A stretch of DNA of 63,644 bases, counting the filler, from Chiloscyllium plagiosum (Eukaryota): NCBI RefSeq assembly GCF_004010195.1. It is 3 parts of one record of this genome, joined end to end, with 100 filler letters (N's around TTAATTAATTAA, not from the genome) between each part and the next. Parts side by side here need not be neighbours in the genome. Positions count along the whole stretch, not along the records: positions 1 to 31,486 come from NC_057715.1; 2 more parts are not named here. The stretch is one strand, 5' to 3'. Positions 1-13,339 of the stretch are shown one piece after another; positions within the stretch are counted from its first letter, which is position 1, and every line of letters starts with the position of its first letter. Below the pieces are notes generated by a model, which worked only from the letters and a program-made list of their open reading frames with translations, was not told the DNA's origin and did not search any database. A program made the translations under genes and the position numbers.

Positions 1-273
1 CTTCCCGACCTCTGCGCCTCACCCCCTCTCCGGCCTATCACCCTCACCTTAACCTCCTTCCACCTATCGCATTCCCAACGCCCCTCCCCCAAGTCCCTCC
101 TCCCTACCTTTTATCTTAGCCTGCTTGGCACACCCTCCTCATTCCTGAAGATGGGCTTATGCCCGAAACATCGATTCTCCTGCTCCTTGGATGCTGCCTG
201 ACCTTCTGCGCTTTTCCAACAACACATTTTTCAGCTCTGATCTCCAGCATCTGCAGTCCTCACTTTCTCCTAG
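1..273 (+). mobile_element. Penelope-like element 3' end (family A) with hammerhead-like core
   Basis: CTGAAGA-TGGGC-TTAT-GCCC-GAAACATC at 145-172, followed by the family tail GATGCTGCCTGACC...CTCCAGCATCTGCAGTCCTCACTTTCTCC; same family at 15201, 25656, 29820 and 59335. Confidence 0.7.
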
Positions 274-1905
274 TCTTTCAGACTGTAATGTTATCAAATT
301 ATTGGAACTGCAAACAGTAACTGTCAGCTTCAGTATCCTCTGTACCTCCCAGATGATGATACTGTTGAGCTTGATTAATTGTTGTGATTGAGTCTAACAT
401 CAATTCTCAAACTTTAGCCAAGTCAACTGAAAGGACTGAATAGCCAATTGCTGTACATATCATTATGAGCAGCCCACTCTCTTGGGAGTGCAGAGATTTT
501 GTCAGGATTGATTTTATTTAAAGACAGCATTAAGGTGGAGGGCACAAACAAAAAGCCTGTGACATGGCCTTATGGTTTTTCGATACTTAATGCCCCAAAA
601 GCAGGCTCTCTTTCCTGAGGTGGGAGACATGTACTGCAGAAAATTGGCTGGCAGCAGTGAAGAGAGACGGCTGAACAGGTCATTGCGAGCAGCAATATCC
701 CTGGCCTTATTCACGGTAGGGGAAGAAACTTCATGGCTATCCCAGGATTACCAAGTGCGATTCCTCTTCATATCCAGAGCATTGTCTGCATAGTCTGGCA
801 GTAACAGATCCAGGCCCTCCAATCTGAATAGGACATTTCACTACGTCTTGTTATCCTCTCACACAAGATCTCAACACTTATGAATTTCTCGCCCTACCCT
901 TGTTTACTTACTTTTCTCTTAACATCCATACTATACCCATTCATCCACACAACCTCTGTCAGGTTTTCATGAATTTCTCACACTGGGGTGGGATTGTGCT
1001 TGCTCTGTGTTCCACTATTCATACTGTCTCAAAATGTTGTATGAACTCAATGGTTCAGTCTGTTCAGTGAAGTGCTGAGCTACAACCTGATCGCATTAGC
1101 GGTTTTGCAACAAGAGTCAAATGTATTACTATCTCACAAATAATACCACACCTGCACTCTCACCATCCCTTCATCCTTTGACTGCCCTAGTGTGCATACC
1201 AATTGACCTGATACCCGCTGAGATACTGCAGCCTGCAGTTGGTCTGAGGCTTTGTGTTTACAGATACTATCAACCCCGATCGTAACATGTCGCAGCCAAT
1301 GGTGACTCACCTTTTAGAAGTAGTAGAAGTCATTAAGATATTGCTTAAAGAGGAGATAACCATTTGTGTAAAGCATGACTATGAAAAGCTTCTTTAAAAA
1401 AAATCTTAATCGACAGAATGTTCTGGCTATGCTGGGTGAGTCTTCAAGGTCAGATGGCATGAATCCTTGTATTTGTACGGATGTGGTTTATTTGAGGGAG
1501 CAAAGACTGTGACAGATGTTGAGTTAGCCAATAATGCAGGCAGACACAGACTGCACAACTAGAGGCTATTCAGTGAGCTGCTGTCAAGGAGCTCTGGCTG
1601 CAGGCAGGTGCTTGAGCATCTGCACCATCCTCAAGGTTATCGGTGTCATCAACAACTTGCTCAAGGGTTGACAGATAATGACAACTCCAATACTGAGCTG
1701 TATTGTGCAGCGTACGGCAAAGCACTAACAGACCAGAGCAGACTTCTTCTGCCTAGTCTGGCCTGTGGAACAAAGACTCCAATTCAGCTTCTGATGAGGT
1801 TCATGAACCAAAGCCTAAAGTAATTCTATGTTTAAAATCTCCAATATTGATTAAAACCTGGAGGTATGAGATACCACAATAATGTTCACCATGCCACACA
1901 AATTC

Positions 1906-1970
1906 CCAGCTCGGCGAACAGAACCACAACAACGAGCACCCGAGCTACAAATCTTCTCACAAACTTTGAA
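1906..1970 (+). mobile_element. Penelope-like terminal fragment (family B tail)
   Basis: GAGCTACAAATCTTCTC is shared with the end of the 5912-6475 element. Confidence 0.55.
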
Positions 1971-2019
1971 TACATTTTTAATGTCAAAGAGGCTGTTTGG
2001 CATTAAGTCTTATCGCATC

Positions 2020-2242
2020 TGAAATAATTCCACAGAGGCTGGTATCTCTTCACCAAGTTGCCCTTTATTTACACATGAACAGTTCTTCACACTGATCCAG
2101 CTCCCTCAGAACCAGAACCTCTGACACTCCTGGATATATCTGTCAGCCAGGGCTCCCTGATGGGACAAGGATAACAGTCCCAATCAGGAAACTTATATTC
2201 TATCAGGTTCTCCTTTATCATCTTGTTGTAATCACTACAACA
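2020..2242 (-). mobile_element. Possible solo LTR
   Basis: Minus strand starts TG and ends CA, with CCAAT-like, TATA-like and AATAAA motifs in LTR order; target-site duplication (TSD) not clean. Confidence 0.35.
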
Positions 2243-2871
2243 CCATTAAAAACATTAATCAAATTGGAAATGATAAGCCCCAACATATTAGGTAAATATC
2301 AAGTAGGTACAACAATTTCAACCATCCCTTGTCTTTCAAAGTCAAGTCCCTTGGCGAGATATTGGTATGACAAGCATTGTTCATATGTAGAATAACTGGA
2401 TAATCGATCCCTGATTTCAGCATCTAACTGTGCATGTGTAGTCAGAAGAAGCTGATATTTGATTTGCGCTTTCAGAATGGTTAGTTTTGATTTCATTCTC
2501 TTTTATTTAAATTACAAGATCTGATCCATTGGTACCTTTGAAAGATTTACAATAGAAGAGAATGAGCCAGCGACAAGAATTTCAAAGCAAATATTACTCT
2601 GACTGCAGGATGCAGTGTTGTGGTACCTGCGGCCGTGAGTTAAACGTTTTGGTCCAGGAGGATGCATAGCTTTATCACTTCCAGAAGGGCACAGAAGTAT
2701 ACAGAATATACAATGTAAGAAAAAAACCGTTGGCCCAACCAATCCATGACCATGTTTATGGGCCACTCAAATCTCCTCCCATTCTTCCTCATCTAACTTT
2801 ATCAACATAATCCTTAATTCCCTTTGATTTCTCTGCTTATTTCCCCTTCAAGTTTTCAAAGGGATCCTTTT

Positions 2872-4260
2872 TTATTCATTCATTGTCTGTGGGAATCACC
2901 GGCTATGCCAGAAGTTATTGCCCACCCCTAGTTGCTCTTAGGAAAGTGGTGATGAACTGTCTTTTTGACCCACTGCAATCCATTTGCTGTAGATAGACAC
3001 ACAATGTTATTAGAGACAGAGTTCCAGAATTTTCATCCATAGCGGCACTAAAGTAATGGCGATATTTTTCCAAGTCTGTCTGCTGAGTGAAGGTGGTGCT
3101 GTTTCCATAGATCTGCTGCCCTTGTTCTTTCAATTGAAAGTGGTCATGAGTTTTGGAAAATGCTATCTTAGGCGTTGTGATGAATTTCTACAGTGCATCT
3201 TGTAGATGGTACACATTTCTGCTACTGAGCATCAGAGGTAAAGGGAGTGGATGTTTATAGATGATGGAACCAATCAAGTGGGCTGCTTTGTCCCGGATGG
3301 TGTCAAGCTTCTAGAGAGTGGTTGGAGCTGCACCAATTCATGCAAGTGGAGAGCATTCCATCACACTCCTGACTTGTGCCTTGTAGTGGTGAACAGGCTC
3401 TGTGGAATCAGAAGATGAGCTACTCGCTGCTGCATTACAACATCTGACCTGTTCTTGTAGCCACAGTATTTATACGGCTAGCCCAGTTCAGTTTCTGTCA
3501 ATGGTAACCTCAAAGATGTTGATAGTGGAGGATTCAGTGACAGCAATATCATTGAATGTCAAGGGATAGTGGTTAAATTCTCTCTTTTTGGAGTTGGTAT
3601 TTGCTTAGAACTTGTGTGATCTGAATGTTTTAAGAGCCTCAGTGAATTTCTGTGCTACATCGTATACATGCCACACACCCTATTCTCCTGACCATCAGTG
3701 GTAGAGGAAGCAAATGTGATGTGACGCTAGTCATGTGGTGCTTTGCTCTTGATGGCATCACATTTACTAGTGTTTTTGGAGCTGTACTTATCCAAGAAAG
3801 AGGTGAGTATTCTATCGCGTTCCTGACTAGTGTCTCGTAGATGGCGAATAGGCTTTGGGGAGTCAGGAGGTGAGTTACTCATGACAGAATTCTTAGACTC
3901 TGACTTGCTCTTGTAGTTACTGCATTTATATGGCTAGTCCAGTTCAGTATCTGGTCAATGATGACTCCCTAGATACTGGTGATAAGGGATTCAGTGACGG
4001 TAATCCCATTGCATGTCAAAGAGTGATAGTTAGATCCTCTGTTCTGGGTGATAGTCATTTCCTGGCACTTAAACAAAAAGCAAAATTGAATAGATGCTGG
4101 AAATTGATGTGAATGTTACTTGCCACTGTCAGCTCAAACCTGGATATTATCCATGTCTTGCTGTATTTGGACTTGGACTGCTTCACTATTTGAGGAGCCA
4201 TGAAATGTGCTTAACGTTGTGCAATCATCAGCCCATTGCTGAACTTATGATGAAGGTAAG
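2872..4260 (-). mobile_element. Two tandem decayed 3' fragments of a CR1/L2-group LINE (about 2872-3630 and 3645-4260)
   Basis: The two fragments are homologous to each other and to the reverse complement of 27500-28990 (e.g. peptide YLQ[QH]MDCSGS in ORFs 2915..3133- and 28540..28740+). Confidence 0.7.
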
Positions 4261-5911
4261 CTTTGCATCTCCACTCACTGTGGTGATGAGTTTCACTTTC
4301 TGACCACTCTCCTAGCAAAGGTATTTCAGTTTGAATTCCTACTTGATATCTTGGTAAATATCATATATTGATGGTCTCTACATTTTAATTCTAGTCGAAG
4401 TGTACTGCCACCATCTTCTCATGCGCAAATTATGACGGATAAGGAATATAAACCCAGCCAATGATGCCCACATCCTATGAATGATTTTTTTTAAAATGTG
4501 GTGGATGGACTATTGACTAACAAGTGAGTCATAGGCTATCTGGGGTCAGTTGAAAACTATAGTTGGGACCATAATCATATCACCCATGGTCTTACTCAAT
4601 AACAGAGTGCCTTGAATATCCAAATGGCATCCCAACTCAAAATTACTCACTTGTACACAAATACAGAAAAGGCCATTTACAGTCTGAGAAAGATGACTGG
4701 AAAATGTCACTTAACATTAACAGAACACTATCACCTCACTTAGCAGCAGTTTTGTTCCAGATTAATAAATTACGCATGAATTCTTTGTAACGTGTCAAAA
4801 GAATACAGGATATCAAACAAAATACATTTCTCTTATTGCAGAGATAACTATTTGAATAATGAAGAAGAAGGTATAATGAAGAAGATGGTTATACTGATGA
4901 TCAAGTGCAATTACTATGTCAAATTTGTTCCACTGTTGACTATAAATTATTTCTTTTGACTTTAGAATACAGTGTGTAATTGCTGAAAGCAGCCTGTTAA
5001 GTAATGCTGCATAAATGATACCTTCTATGGCTGAGCAGATGTAGGTTTAGGGATATTTTATTGTAGACTTTCTGCTCTGTTATACAGATGTGACTCTTCT
5101 TTAATGTTCGTCAAACTTCATGGGGCTCCAGTCCGCTTTTGGAATCCAGAATCACATGAAAAGTTGTCTTCAGTTTCTTTGATCCACAGATGACCCCTGA
5201 AGATGGAAGATATAACTACAGACCTCTCTGGAAATTGCTTTTAAGTTCAGCTCAAACATTGAATGCCTTTTATAAACTGACATTTGTTTGTTGGACAGTG
5301 TTTTCCTACAGTATAATGAACTTTAGTGTATTTCATGGAAATGTTTAGTTAAAATGAATAAACCACAAGTTTCAAATCAAAGTTTGAAATGTTTGTTTGG
5401 ATTTTTTCTCATTACATTGTGCACTGTCCACTGATGGATGTGTTATTTGTTGAGTGTCAGAAAGCTCTCCCAAGCTTCAAACAAAAACAGAAAATGCTGG
5501 AAACTACTGCTCACAATGTGGTCTCCCCTATATCGAGGCAACCAAATCCAAATTGGGTAATAACCTTGCAGTGCACTTCTGTTGAGCCTGCAAACCTTAC
5601 CCTTAGACCTTGGTTGTCTGTCATTTAAATTCTAACTCTGACCTCACTGTTCTTGACCTATTAAGCTGTTCCAATGAAGATCAACATAAGCTTGGATAAC
5701 AGTCACTCTTCTTACATTTTGGCATCTTACTTCCTCTGAGCTTGACAGTAATTCAACAATTTTGGATCATAAACTCTGCCCCCATTTTGTTTTGTGCTTC
5801 TTTGATATTGATTTTGTTCATTTCTCTCAGTTCATCCTTATTTCCCTTTGTTTCACTTACTGGTAGTAGATATCCTGCTACCCATACCTACCCCAGATAC
5901 ATCTTTTGTTT

Positions 5912-6475
5912 TGGATGTAGGTTTGCTCACTGTGCTGGAAGGTTTATTTCTAGACGTTTCATCACCCTACTAGGTAACATCTTCAGTGGGTCTCAGGCGA
6001 AGCACTATATGATTCCTGCTTTCTATTTATATGTTTGGGTTTCTTTGGGTTGGTGTTGTCATTTCCTAAGGGGGTTTTCATTTTCTGTGGTGATGTAATT
6101 TCCTGTTCTTTCTTTTTCTCAGGAGGTGGTAGTTGGGATCTAACTCGATGTGTCTGTTGATAGAGTTCCGGTTGGAACTCCAATTAGAACTCTATCAACA
6201 AACACATCGAGTTAGACCCCATCTACCACCCCCTGAGAAAAAGAACAGGAAATGACATAACCACAGGAAATGACATCACCACAGGAAATGGCAACACCAA
6301 CCCAAAGAAACCCAAACATATAAATAGAAAGCAGGAATTATGTACAGTGATTCACCTGAGTCCCACTGAAGATGTTACCTAGTAGGGTGACAAAACGTCT
6401 AGAAATAAACCTTCCAGCACAGTGAGCAAACCTACATCCAGACCTCAACTTGAGCTACAAATCTTCTCAAAACTC
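5912..6475. mobile_element. Fold-back Penelope-like insertion (family B) with two inverted hammerhead cores
   Basis: Inverted arms of about 260 bp (5912-6170 and 6187-6440); 13-bp TSD ACATCTTTTGTTT at 5899-5911 and 6476-6488; the arms encode NSINKHIELDPIYHPLRKRTGND, resembling a Penelope ORF C-terminus. Confidence 0.85.
5953..5986 (-). ncRNA. Minimal type-I hammerhead ribozyme motif
   Basis: CUGAAGA-UGUUACCU-AGU-AGGGUGAU-GAAACGUC: CUGANGA and GAAA boxes, stem II, palindromic ACGU stem III, GUC site. Stem I weak. Confidence 0.6.
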
Positions 6476-7547
6476 ACATCTTTTGTTTCTTTCATCGTCA
6501 CATTACACCTTCTTCAGTCTTGCGCTATGAACCATTTTGTTATTTAATCTCTCCTGCCTTCTATCTGCCTCTGACTTTCCCTTTTGTTCTTCTTCTTGCC
6601 TATTTTCTACTTTGTCTTGCTCAAAAAAAGTTACATTTCTGATTGCTCTCAGATCTGATGCGAGGTCACCAACCTGAAACCTTAGTTTTATTTTTGTCTC
6701 TAAGCAGATAGAAGTTCAGCTGTGTGTATTTCACAATCAAACCTATTTCTGGATAGTTTCAACCCATTCAAGTAGGCTATGACACACATTTGGAGCAGGC
6801 TGGAACTTCAATGTTCATACACGCACATATTTTAGAAGCAATCAGGACTAAGAAGCCAGACAACATTGTCCATCCTTGAACTGAGGACAGTACAAGCAGT
6901 TTTCAAGATGAGCTCAGGAATCAGACCTGGAGTGTTGATGCTATGTGTGAATCTATGTGCACCCGGCATTGCCATTAGACACTGAGCTATCAAGGGCATA
7001 AATATTTCTGGATATTAAGTGTTATTCTCCAGTACAGTCCATATTTAAAATCCTAGTAACATCGTGAGACTTTCAACTTTGCTACTTTATACATGTTTTG
7101 GTGCTGTGACAAACATACATTGGAAAATGGAAGAACAGCAAACTTAATCTGAGCCTAAATTAACTGTTTTCCCAAAATCCTTTTTTTTAATCAGATAGCA
7201 AGTCTATAGAACGATGATGGAAAATCTAGACTAAACTGTTGATGTTAAGTGTGTGGATGAAAATGAGAACTATAATCACTGAAAGCATTATTTTGACAGA
7301 AAGTATTCATTCCTTTTCAATGTATAATGATTTCTTCAAACTTGCTTAATAATTTATCACTGGCTGATAGTTTTTTGAGTCTTGACTATTTTAATTTGTT
7401 ATGCCTTGCAGACTATAAAAGTTTGATTCACTGCATGGTTAATAGAGTAATATAAACCAATGTATGCTTAAGGGTGAAGTCAGATGTTAAATGATTATCA
7501 CCATCAAGGTGAAATATTCAAACCTAAAGCTAATTCCCAGTTCTCAA

Positions 7548-9350
7548 AATCATAGAACTTATACAGCACAGCAGGGACCATTAGGTTTATTGCGTCTGTG
7601 TTACCTCTTTGCAAAAGCATCTCGATGTGTTAAATCTGAGAGGGTGCAGAAACGATTTATTTGGATTTTGCCAGGACTGGAAGATTTGATTTAGAGGGAG
7701 AAGCTGATTAGGCTGGGGCTTTTTTCCCTGGAGTGTTGGAGGCTGAGCAGTTTATATAATCATGAGTAGCATGGATAGGGTGAGTAGGCAAAGCCTTTTA
7801 CCCAGGGTGGGGGAGTGCAATTCGAGAGGGTATAGATTTAAGGTGAGATAGAAAGATTTAAAACGGATCTGAAGAGTAACTTTTCACGTAGAGAGTGGTG
7901 CGTGTATGGAATGAGGAAGGGTTGAAGGTGGGTACAATTAAACATTTAAAAAGCATCTGGATGGGTATATGAATCGGAAAGGTTCAGAGGGGTATGGACC
8001 AAATGCTGGCAAATAGGAACAGGTCAGACTGGGACATTCGGTTGTTTCAGATGAGTTGGACTGAAGGGTCTGTTTCCATGCTGTGTGACTCTGGGACTCT
8101 ATGACATTTCCCCTTACATCTCTCTGTAGACCTATAATGTTTTTCTCTCTTCAATTGATTAACTATTCTCTTTTGGAAGCAATAATTTAATCTGCTTCCA
8201 CCGCACGCTTTCAAGTAGTGCCTAACCACTTACCGCAAGAAAATATTTGTCCTCATATTGTTATCAATTCTTTTGCCAGTCTAGTGTAAATCAAGTCCTC
8301 TGTTTATTGAAACCTGCACCAATGGGAATAGTTTCTCTCTACCTATTCTGTAGACCTCTTATTTGAACATCGCTATCAAATCTCCATCAAATCATTCAAC
8401 CTCTCTTCTTGAATGAAAACAATGGCAGCTCTGTAATCTATCTACATATATGATATCTCTCAGCTCTAGAACCACTTCAAAAATTGTTTCTGTCTATGCC
8501 TTCATATCCTTCCTGAAGTACTGAGTCCCATTTTGGACATGATCCTCTAGTTGAAGGCGGACCACTGTTTTGTAAAGGCTCCACTTAGTTTCCATTCTTT
8601 TGTACTCTGTGTTCCTTAAATTGGCTGTGACTATTTAAACCATTCCCAGACTGCCCTGTCACCTGCAATGATTTGTCCGTGAATGCTGCCAGGTCTCTTT
8701 GTACCTGCATCCATTTCAGAACATGACCCTTATTTTACATTGTATCTTTTCTCTTGTTCTTCCCACCAAAATGTTATCTGTTCATACTTTTCTACATGTA
8801 ATTTCAGCTGCTAATCTTTTGCCCTTTTCACCAGCATGTCTATGCCCTCTGAAAGCCTGCCACAATCCTCCTTATTATTCCCAACATTCCTAAATTTTCA
8901 TCCATTTATAAACTTTGAAATTGTATCCTGTATACTCAGTAATGTGTGCAAATCTATAGTAATGATCATTACTATTGATCAAGCAAAGCAGTGGTCCTCG
9001 TTCTGTTTCCCAGTGTAGCCCACAGTACACCTTCTAATAGCTTTGTGTAATGCGAGGCTAGGACCTATCACCTGGCTGTGAGTATGGCAAAGACAGGTAA
9101 TTTGTCACTCAGCCACTTTATTAATTGCCTCTTAGAAGCCTATATGTTTCACATTCAATACATCACTCTATTGCTCATCTCTGTTACCTCTTCACAAAAT
9201 TCTATCAGGTTAATTAAATATGAATTATGTTCAACCAGCCTGTGGTGACATTCCTTAATTAATTTACATCAGGCCAAATAATTGTAAATCTTTTCCCAGA
9301 TAATAAATGTTCATCACCGAAGTTAAACTGATGTGTCTGTAGTTTCCAGT
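7548..9350 (-). mobile_element. Old CR1 LINE 3'/RT fragment, interrupted by a younger CR1
   Basis: Reverse-complement CR1 3' end at 7548-7623, resuming after 8105 with degenerate RT sequence. Confidence 0.6.
7624..8105 (+). mobile_element. CR1 (HER1-type) LINE 3' end
   Basis: ERVQKRF...LPGLEDL peptide; terminus GGGTCTGTTTCCATGCTG...GACTCTATGA; homologous to 56280-56754. Confidence 0.85.
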
Positions 9351-9394
9351 TAAATGACTGATGTTTCTTGGTGCACCTTAATGATCTCGATTCA

Positions 9395-10130
9395 TATGTA
9401 CAGAGCACAATTCCAAAATTTGTAGTTGACACAGAACTTGAAAGTATTGTGAACTGTGAGAAAGATATTGATAACTTCAAGAGGTCACAGATTGTCTGTG
9501 GTAGCAAACACATGGCAGAAATTTCATGCAGAGAAGTGTGAAGTGATGCATTTTGATAAGAAGAACCCAGGAAAGCAAAATGAAATAAAGGAGACAATTC
9601 TAAAGAGTTTGCAGCAGTAGAGGAATCATTGTGCACAAATCATTGAAAGCAGCAAGTCAAATTGAAAAACCGATCAATAAAGTAAACAGAATCCTGGGTT
9701 TTATGGAGCCAGAGCAAAAACCAAGAAAGTTATAATGAACCTTTAAACATATAAAGTGGGGGCACAAAAGATTGACAAGAATGATTCCAGGGATGAGGAA
9801 TTACAGTTGCACAAATGTATTGGAGAAGCTAGAGGTTTTTGCCGTCCATATAATGAAGTTCTGAGGGTATTTGATAGAGGTTTCAAATACCCTCAGTGAT
9901 CGTTTAGACAGGGTAGATAGAAAGAAACTGTTCCCTTAGGCAGCAAGGTTGAGAATCAACGGAAGCCATATTAAGGTGAATGCTGCAACAGCTAATGGTA
10001 ACAGCTAGGGAAAATTATTTTTGGTTCAGCAATTAGTTAAGATCTGGAAGGCACTGCCTGAGAGTGTGATTGAGGCAAAATCAATCCAGACCTTCAAAAG
10101 AGAATTTGGATCATTGTATAAGGAAAAATT
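9395..10130 (+). mobile_element. Decayed CR1 LINE RT/3' fragment
   Basis: Remnants such as TGGCAGAAATTTCATGCAGAGAAGTGTGAAGTGATGCATTTTG (WQ..F..EKCEVMHF) and CR1 3' region similarity. Confidence 0.7.
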
Positions 10131-10914
10131 TATATGTCATTCTACGATTAAATTAAATAACCAAATTGTTGTTGGTTCCGTTCCTTCGCTTCTTTAGCTG
10201 TGTTTTATATTTGCAGAAAAGTAACAATGTGCTTCCAAGTACACCCATTTGCTTATTACATTGTGTGAGACCAATTGACATATGGTGAATAATAATCATT
10301 ACCTTCAGAAACTATCAAAGTGAAAAGGTACTAACAAACACTAGTTTCCAATAACATGAGCATTGCAATTCTTTTAACATTGGTTGAGAATGTTGTGTTA
10401 TTCAACAACAAGGTAAGCACTCAATTTGAAATGAAAGATTCACCAGTTTGAGTTACATAAACAACAATACATCAACCTCACAACGAGAGCAAGTCTGTAG
10501 TGCAGAGACAGCCTGAAGTAAGAATTTGTTTTGTGACATATCTTTTTGTCATAGCATTTCTGCCACAGGTTTTTTTTCAAGCGTTGTGCATGCTTTACTG
10601 AGATTAAAGGATATTGTGATAGAAACAGAATATTATTGATTTCCTGACACCTCTTAGGCATTCGGCTTTGCAGTGATAGCCTGCAGAAAGTACAACTAAT
10701 ACACTGAAAACAGCCTTGCATATATTAAAGACAGAAGCCTTGATTTTAACTCTCGATAGGAATAACGATTGTCAGAGTTAAAGTGTGCAGGGATTCATCC
10801 ACTCCTTACTCCATCTTTACAACACAGTGTGAGGTTCGGCACTTTTACCCCCAAGGCCTCAGTACTGACTCCTGCCTGCAGCTAATGTGAATTATGACAT
10901 CTTTAATGAAAAAA

Positions 10915-11350
10915 AGAAACAGGAAGACTTGCATTTATATTTTGTTTTACATGACCACAGGATGTCTTCAAATTGTTTCACAGCCAAGCAAGTAATTGCT
11001 ATCCTGTAGGAAACATAGAAGCCAATCAGTGCACAGTAAGTTCCCACAAGCCGCAAAATGATAATGACCAGCAAATCTGTTTTTATGATGTCGACTTAAG
11101 GACATATTTGTTGGCCAGCACATTATGGAATTTGACTTCTCTCTTCAAGATAGTACAATGCATCTGTTATGTTCACCAGGAGAGTAGTAGAAGCATCAGT
11201 TTAATATGTGCTCCAAAATACAGCTCTTTACAGAGTAAAACTCCTTCAGTACAGCCTTGGATTATCAGCCTTCATTTCCTTCACACAGAAGTGACACTTG
11301 AACAGACGGCCTCAGAAACAAGAAGACCAGATTCTGAGCCACAGTCCACT
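10915..11350 (-). mobile_element. Decayed tRNA-derived Deu-domain-like SINE
   Basis: Reverse-complement similarity to 18194-18612 and 12025-12530. Confidence 0.45.
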
Positions 11351-12024
11351 CAGCAGGTGAGGGTTGAAAATTTAAAAGGTTTCAAGTTTTTCACAGAGGC
11401 CTGTGAATCAATTCCCCAAGAACTGGAAGGAAACCTGAGGTGGGAACATCCAAGGTATACAACTAGTATTCCCATTCATGTGCTTCACATGGTTATGACA
11501 AGCATAGGAAAACGCTCGACAACAAAAGACCACAGATTAGTATGTAATGTACCATCAAGTTGATCAATTAATATGACAATACTCCAAGAACGATGGCGGC
11601 CTAAGATTTTAGCACATAATTAATGCGAGCACTTCGGTGAAGTGCTGAGAGAGAGCTGAACTGTTGGAAGTATTTCCATGTGAAATCAAGGCCCCATGTT
11701 ATATTAAGATCAGACCATTGAAAACAGATGGTCATCTAATTCGTAAATGGGAGAGGAATAATCCTGTGCGCAAATTGGTTGCTGGGCTTTTGAGATTATA
11801 AGAACGACACCATTTCAAAAGTATTTAATGAATGGTCAAGAGCTTTAAACCATCCTAATATTGTTAACGTTTAAGGTAAATGTGAGGTTTTGCTTTTTAA
11901 CCATAATAATGAAGCTTGTTTGACTGATATTTTGAGAGATCCAGACAGAACAAGAGGAGCTATCAAAGGTGAACAGTTTTGGGAATTAGAAGTGCAAAGT
12001 TACCTTCCTCCCCTAAGTATGTTT

Positions 12025-12530
12025 GTCAGCCGTGACTCTGTTGGTTGCGTACATTGCTGTAAATCTTCAGGTTTGAGTTCCATTCCAGCAATAGGGAATA
12101 AAGATCAAGGCTCAAACTACAGTGCAGTGCTGCATGCTGTGGTGGATGTACTGCCACCATTAGAAAAGGAGTGTTAGAGCTACCTTTAGGTTCCTGTACA
12201 ATAACTAACCCTCAATGAACATCACCAAAAAAGCAAAGAATGGCGGGTGTTGGAAATCAGAAACAGAAACAGAAATTGTTGGGAAATATCAGCAAATCTG
12301 GCAGCTTCTGTGGAGAGAACGCAGAATTAATGAAGGCTTAAACGTTAAGTCTGTTATCACCAAAAGCAAATCATTATCACGCCGCTGAATAGTGAGAGTT
12401 TGCTGAGCTCACGGAGCTGCTGTGTTTATGACATTAGAACAGTGACTGCACTTCAGAAGCATTTTACTGGATGTAAAGTGCTTCAAGACTTAGATGATTG
12501 TGAAAAGTGATGTAAAAATACAATTTATTG
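12025..12530 (+). mobile_element. Decayed Deu-domain-like SINE, interrupted by a Penelope-type tail (about 12228-12345)
   Basis: Head GTCAGCCGTGACTCTGTTGGT; 3' part ACAGTGACTGCACTTCAGAAG...GTAAAGTGCTT; the internal insert is homologous to 14897-15010. Confidence 0.45.
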
Positions 12531-13339
12531 CGAATTGTTTCATGTCAAGGCTGCAGGGCATCGCTGTTACAATCTGCCATGGAATCTTTGCACTTAATCA
12601 TGTGAAAATCTATATTAAATTAGTTTGTCTATATAAGACCTTGAAGCTTATTCTGCTGCTGTAACTTAGCAGAAAGCCTGGTGACAACTCTAATTCTGTG
12701 TCCATAAGCAGGGTTCCTACTGCACTTCTGGCCAGGCTGCTGAAGAGCAGTAGTGTGGGGAAAATTTATGGCAGACGCTCTGAAGTGCAAAAGCTTTTCA
12801 GTAACAACACATCAGCATAGAAAGCAGACATTAAGTATTTAAGATGCTATGAAACCAGAAATCAGATATTTAAGATGCTATGAACCAGGTGAGATTGGCT
12901 GTGATCCAGTTGTATTCACAAAGCTAGATTGAGGAATTGAATGTCTAGTTGAGATGCTGTTTTATTATTGATGACCTTTCCAACATTGAACAGAGTGCTT
13001 GGAATTTGGAAGATCAGGGGAATCATAATCACTTCCTAAATTGCAATTTTGTTTGCATCTCATATTTGACATTTGATTGAAATTTATTGTATCATTTCTA
13101 AACTTCAACGAGATTTAATCTGGGATAGACAAGCATTCTGTTGTAGAGCAGCTGAAGTTAGGTAGTTATTGCCCAGTCCAATTGCCCTGTGGAAGTTGGA
13201 AGGGAGCTGCCTTCTTGAACTGTTACAGTCCATGGAATTGTGGTATACTCACTGTGCTGTTAGAACGAGACTGCCAAGATTTAGCGATAGTGGAGGAACA
13301 ATGATATAATTCCATGTTAGGATAGTGTATTGCTAATGA

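Larger units (their letters stand above)
5540..6730 (+). mobile_element. Old Penelope-like 3' region, host of the 5912-6475 insertion
   Basis: 5650-5765 resembles a decayed Penelope endonuclease C-terminus (consensus recalled as RKLEEQHLIFRLGTLQP.GLN.EFNNF); degenerate hammerhead core CTGATGCGAGGTCACCAACCTGAAACCTT at 6655-6683. Confidence 0.5.

Noticed and set aside
500..1800. Possible decayed DNA-transposon relic (also about 35160-35840)
   Set aside because: No terminal inverted repeats or transposase motif could be demonstrated from the sequence.
10973..11563. 196-aa ORF
   Set aside because: Overlaps a decayed SINE, has a non-ATG start and no recognisable domain.
12836..12888. Short direct duplication TATTTAAGATGCTATGAA (similar cases at 38691-38731 and 4856-4890)
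   Set aside because: Ordinary slippage or repair duplications with no further structure.
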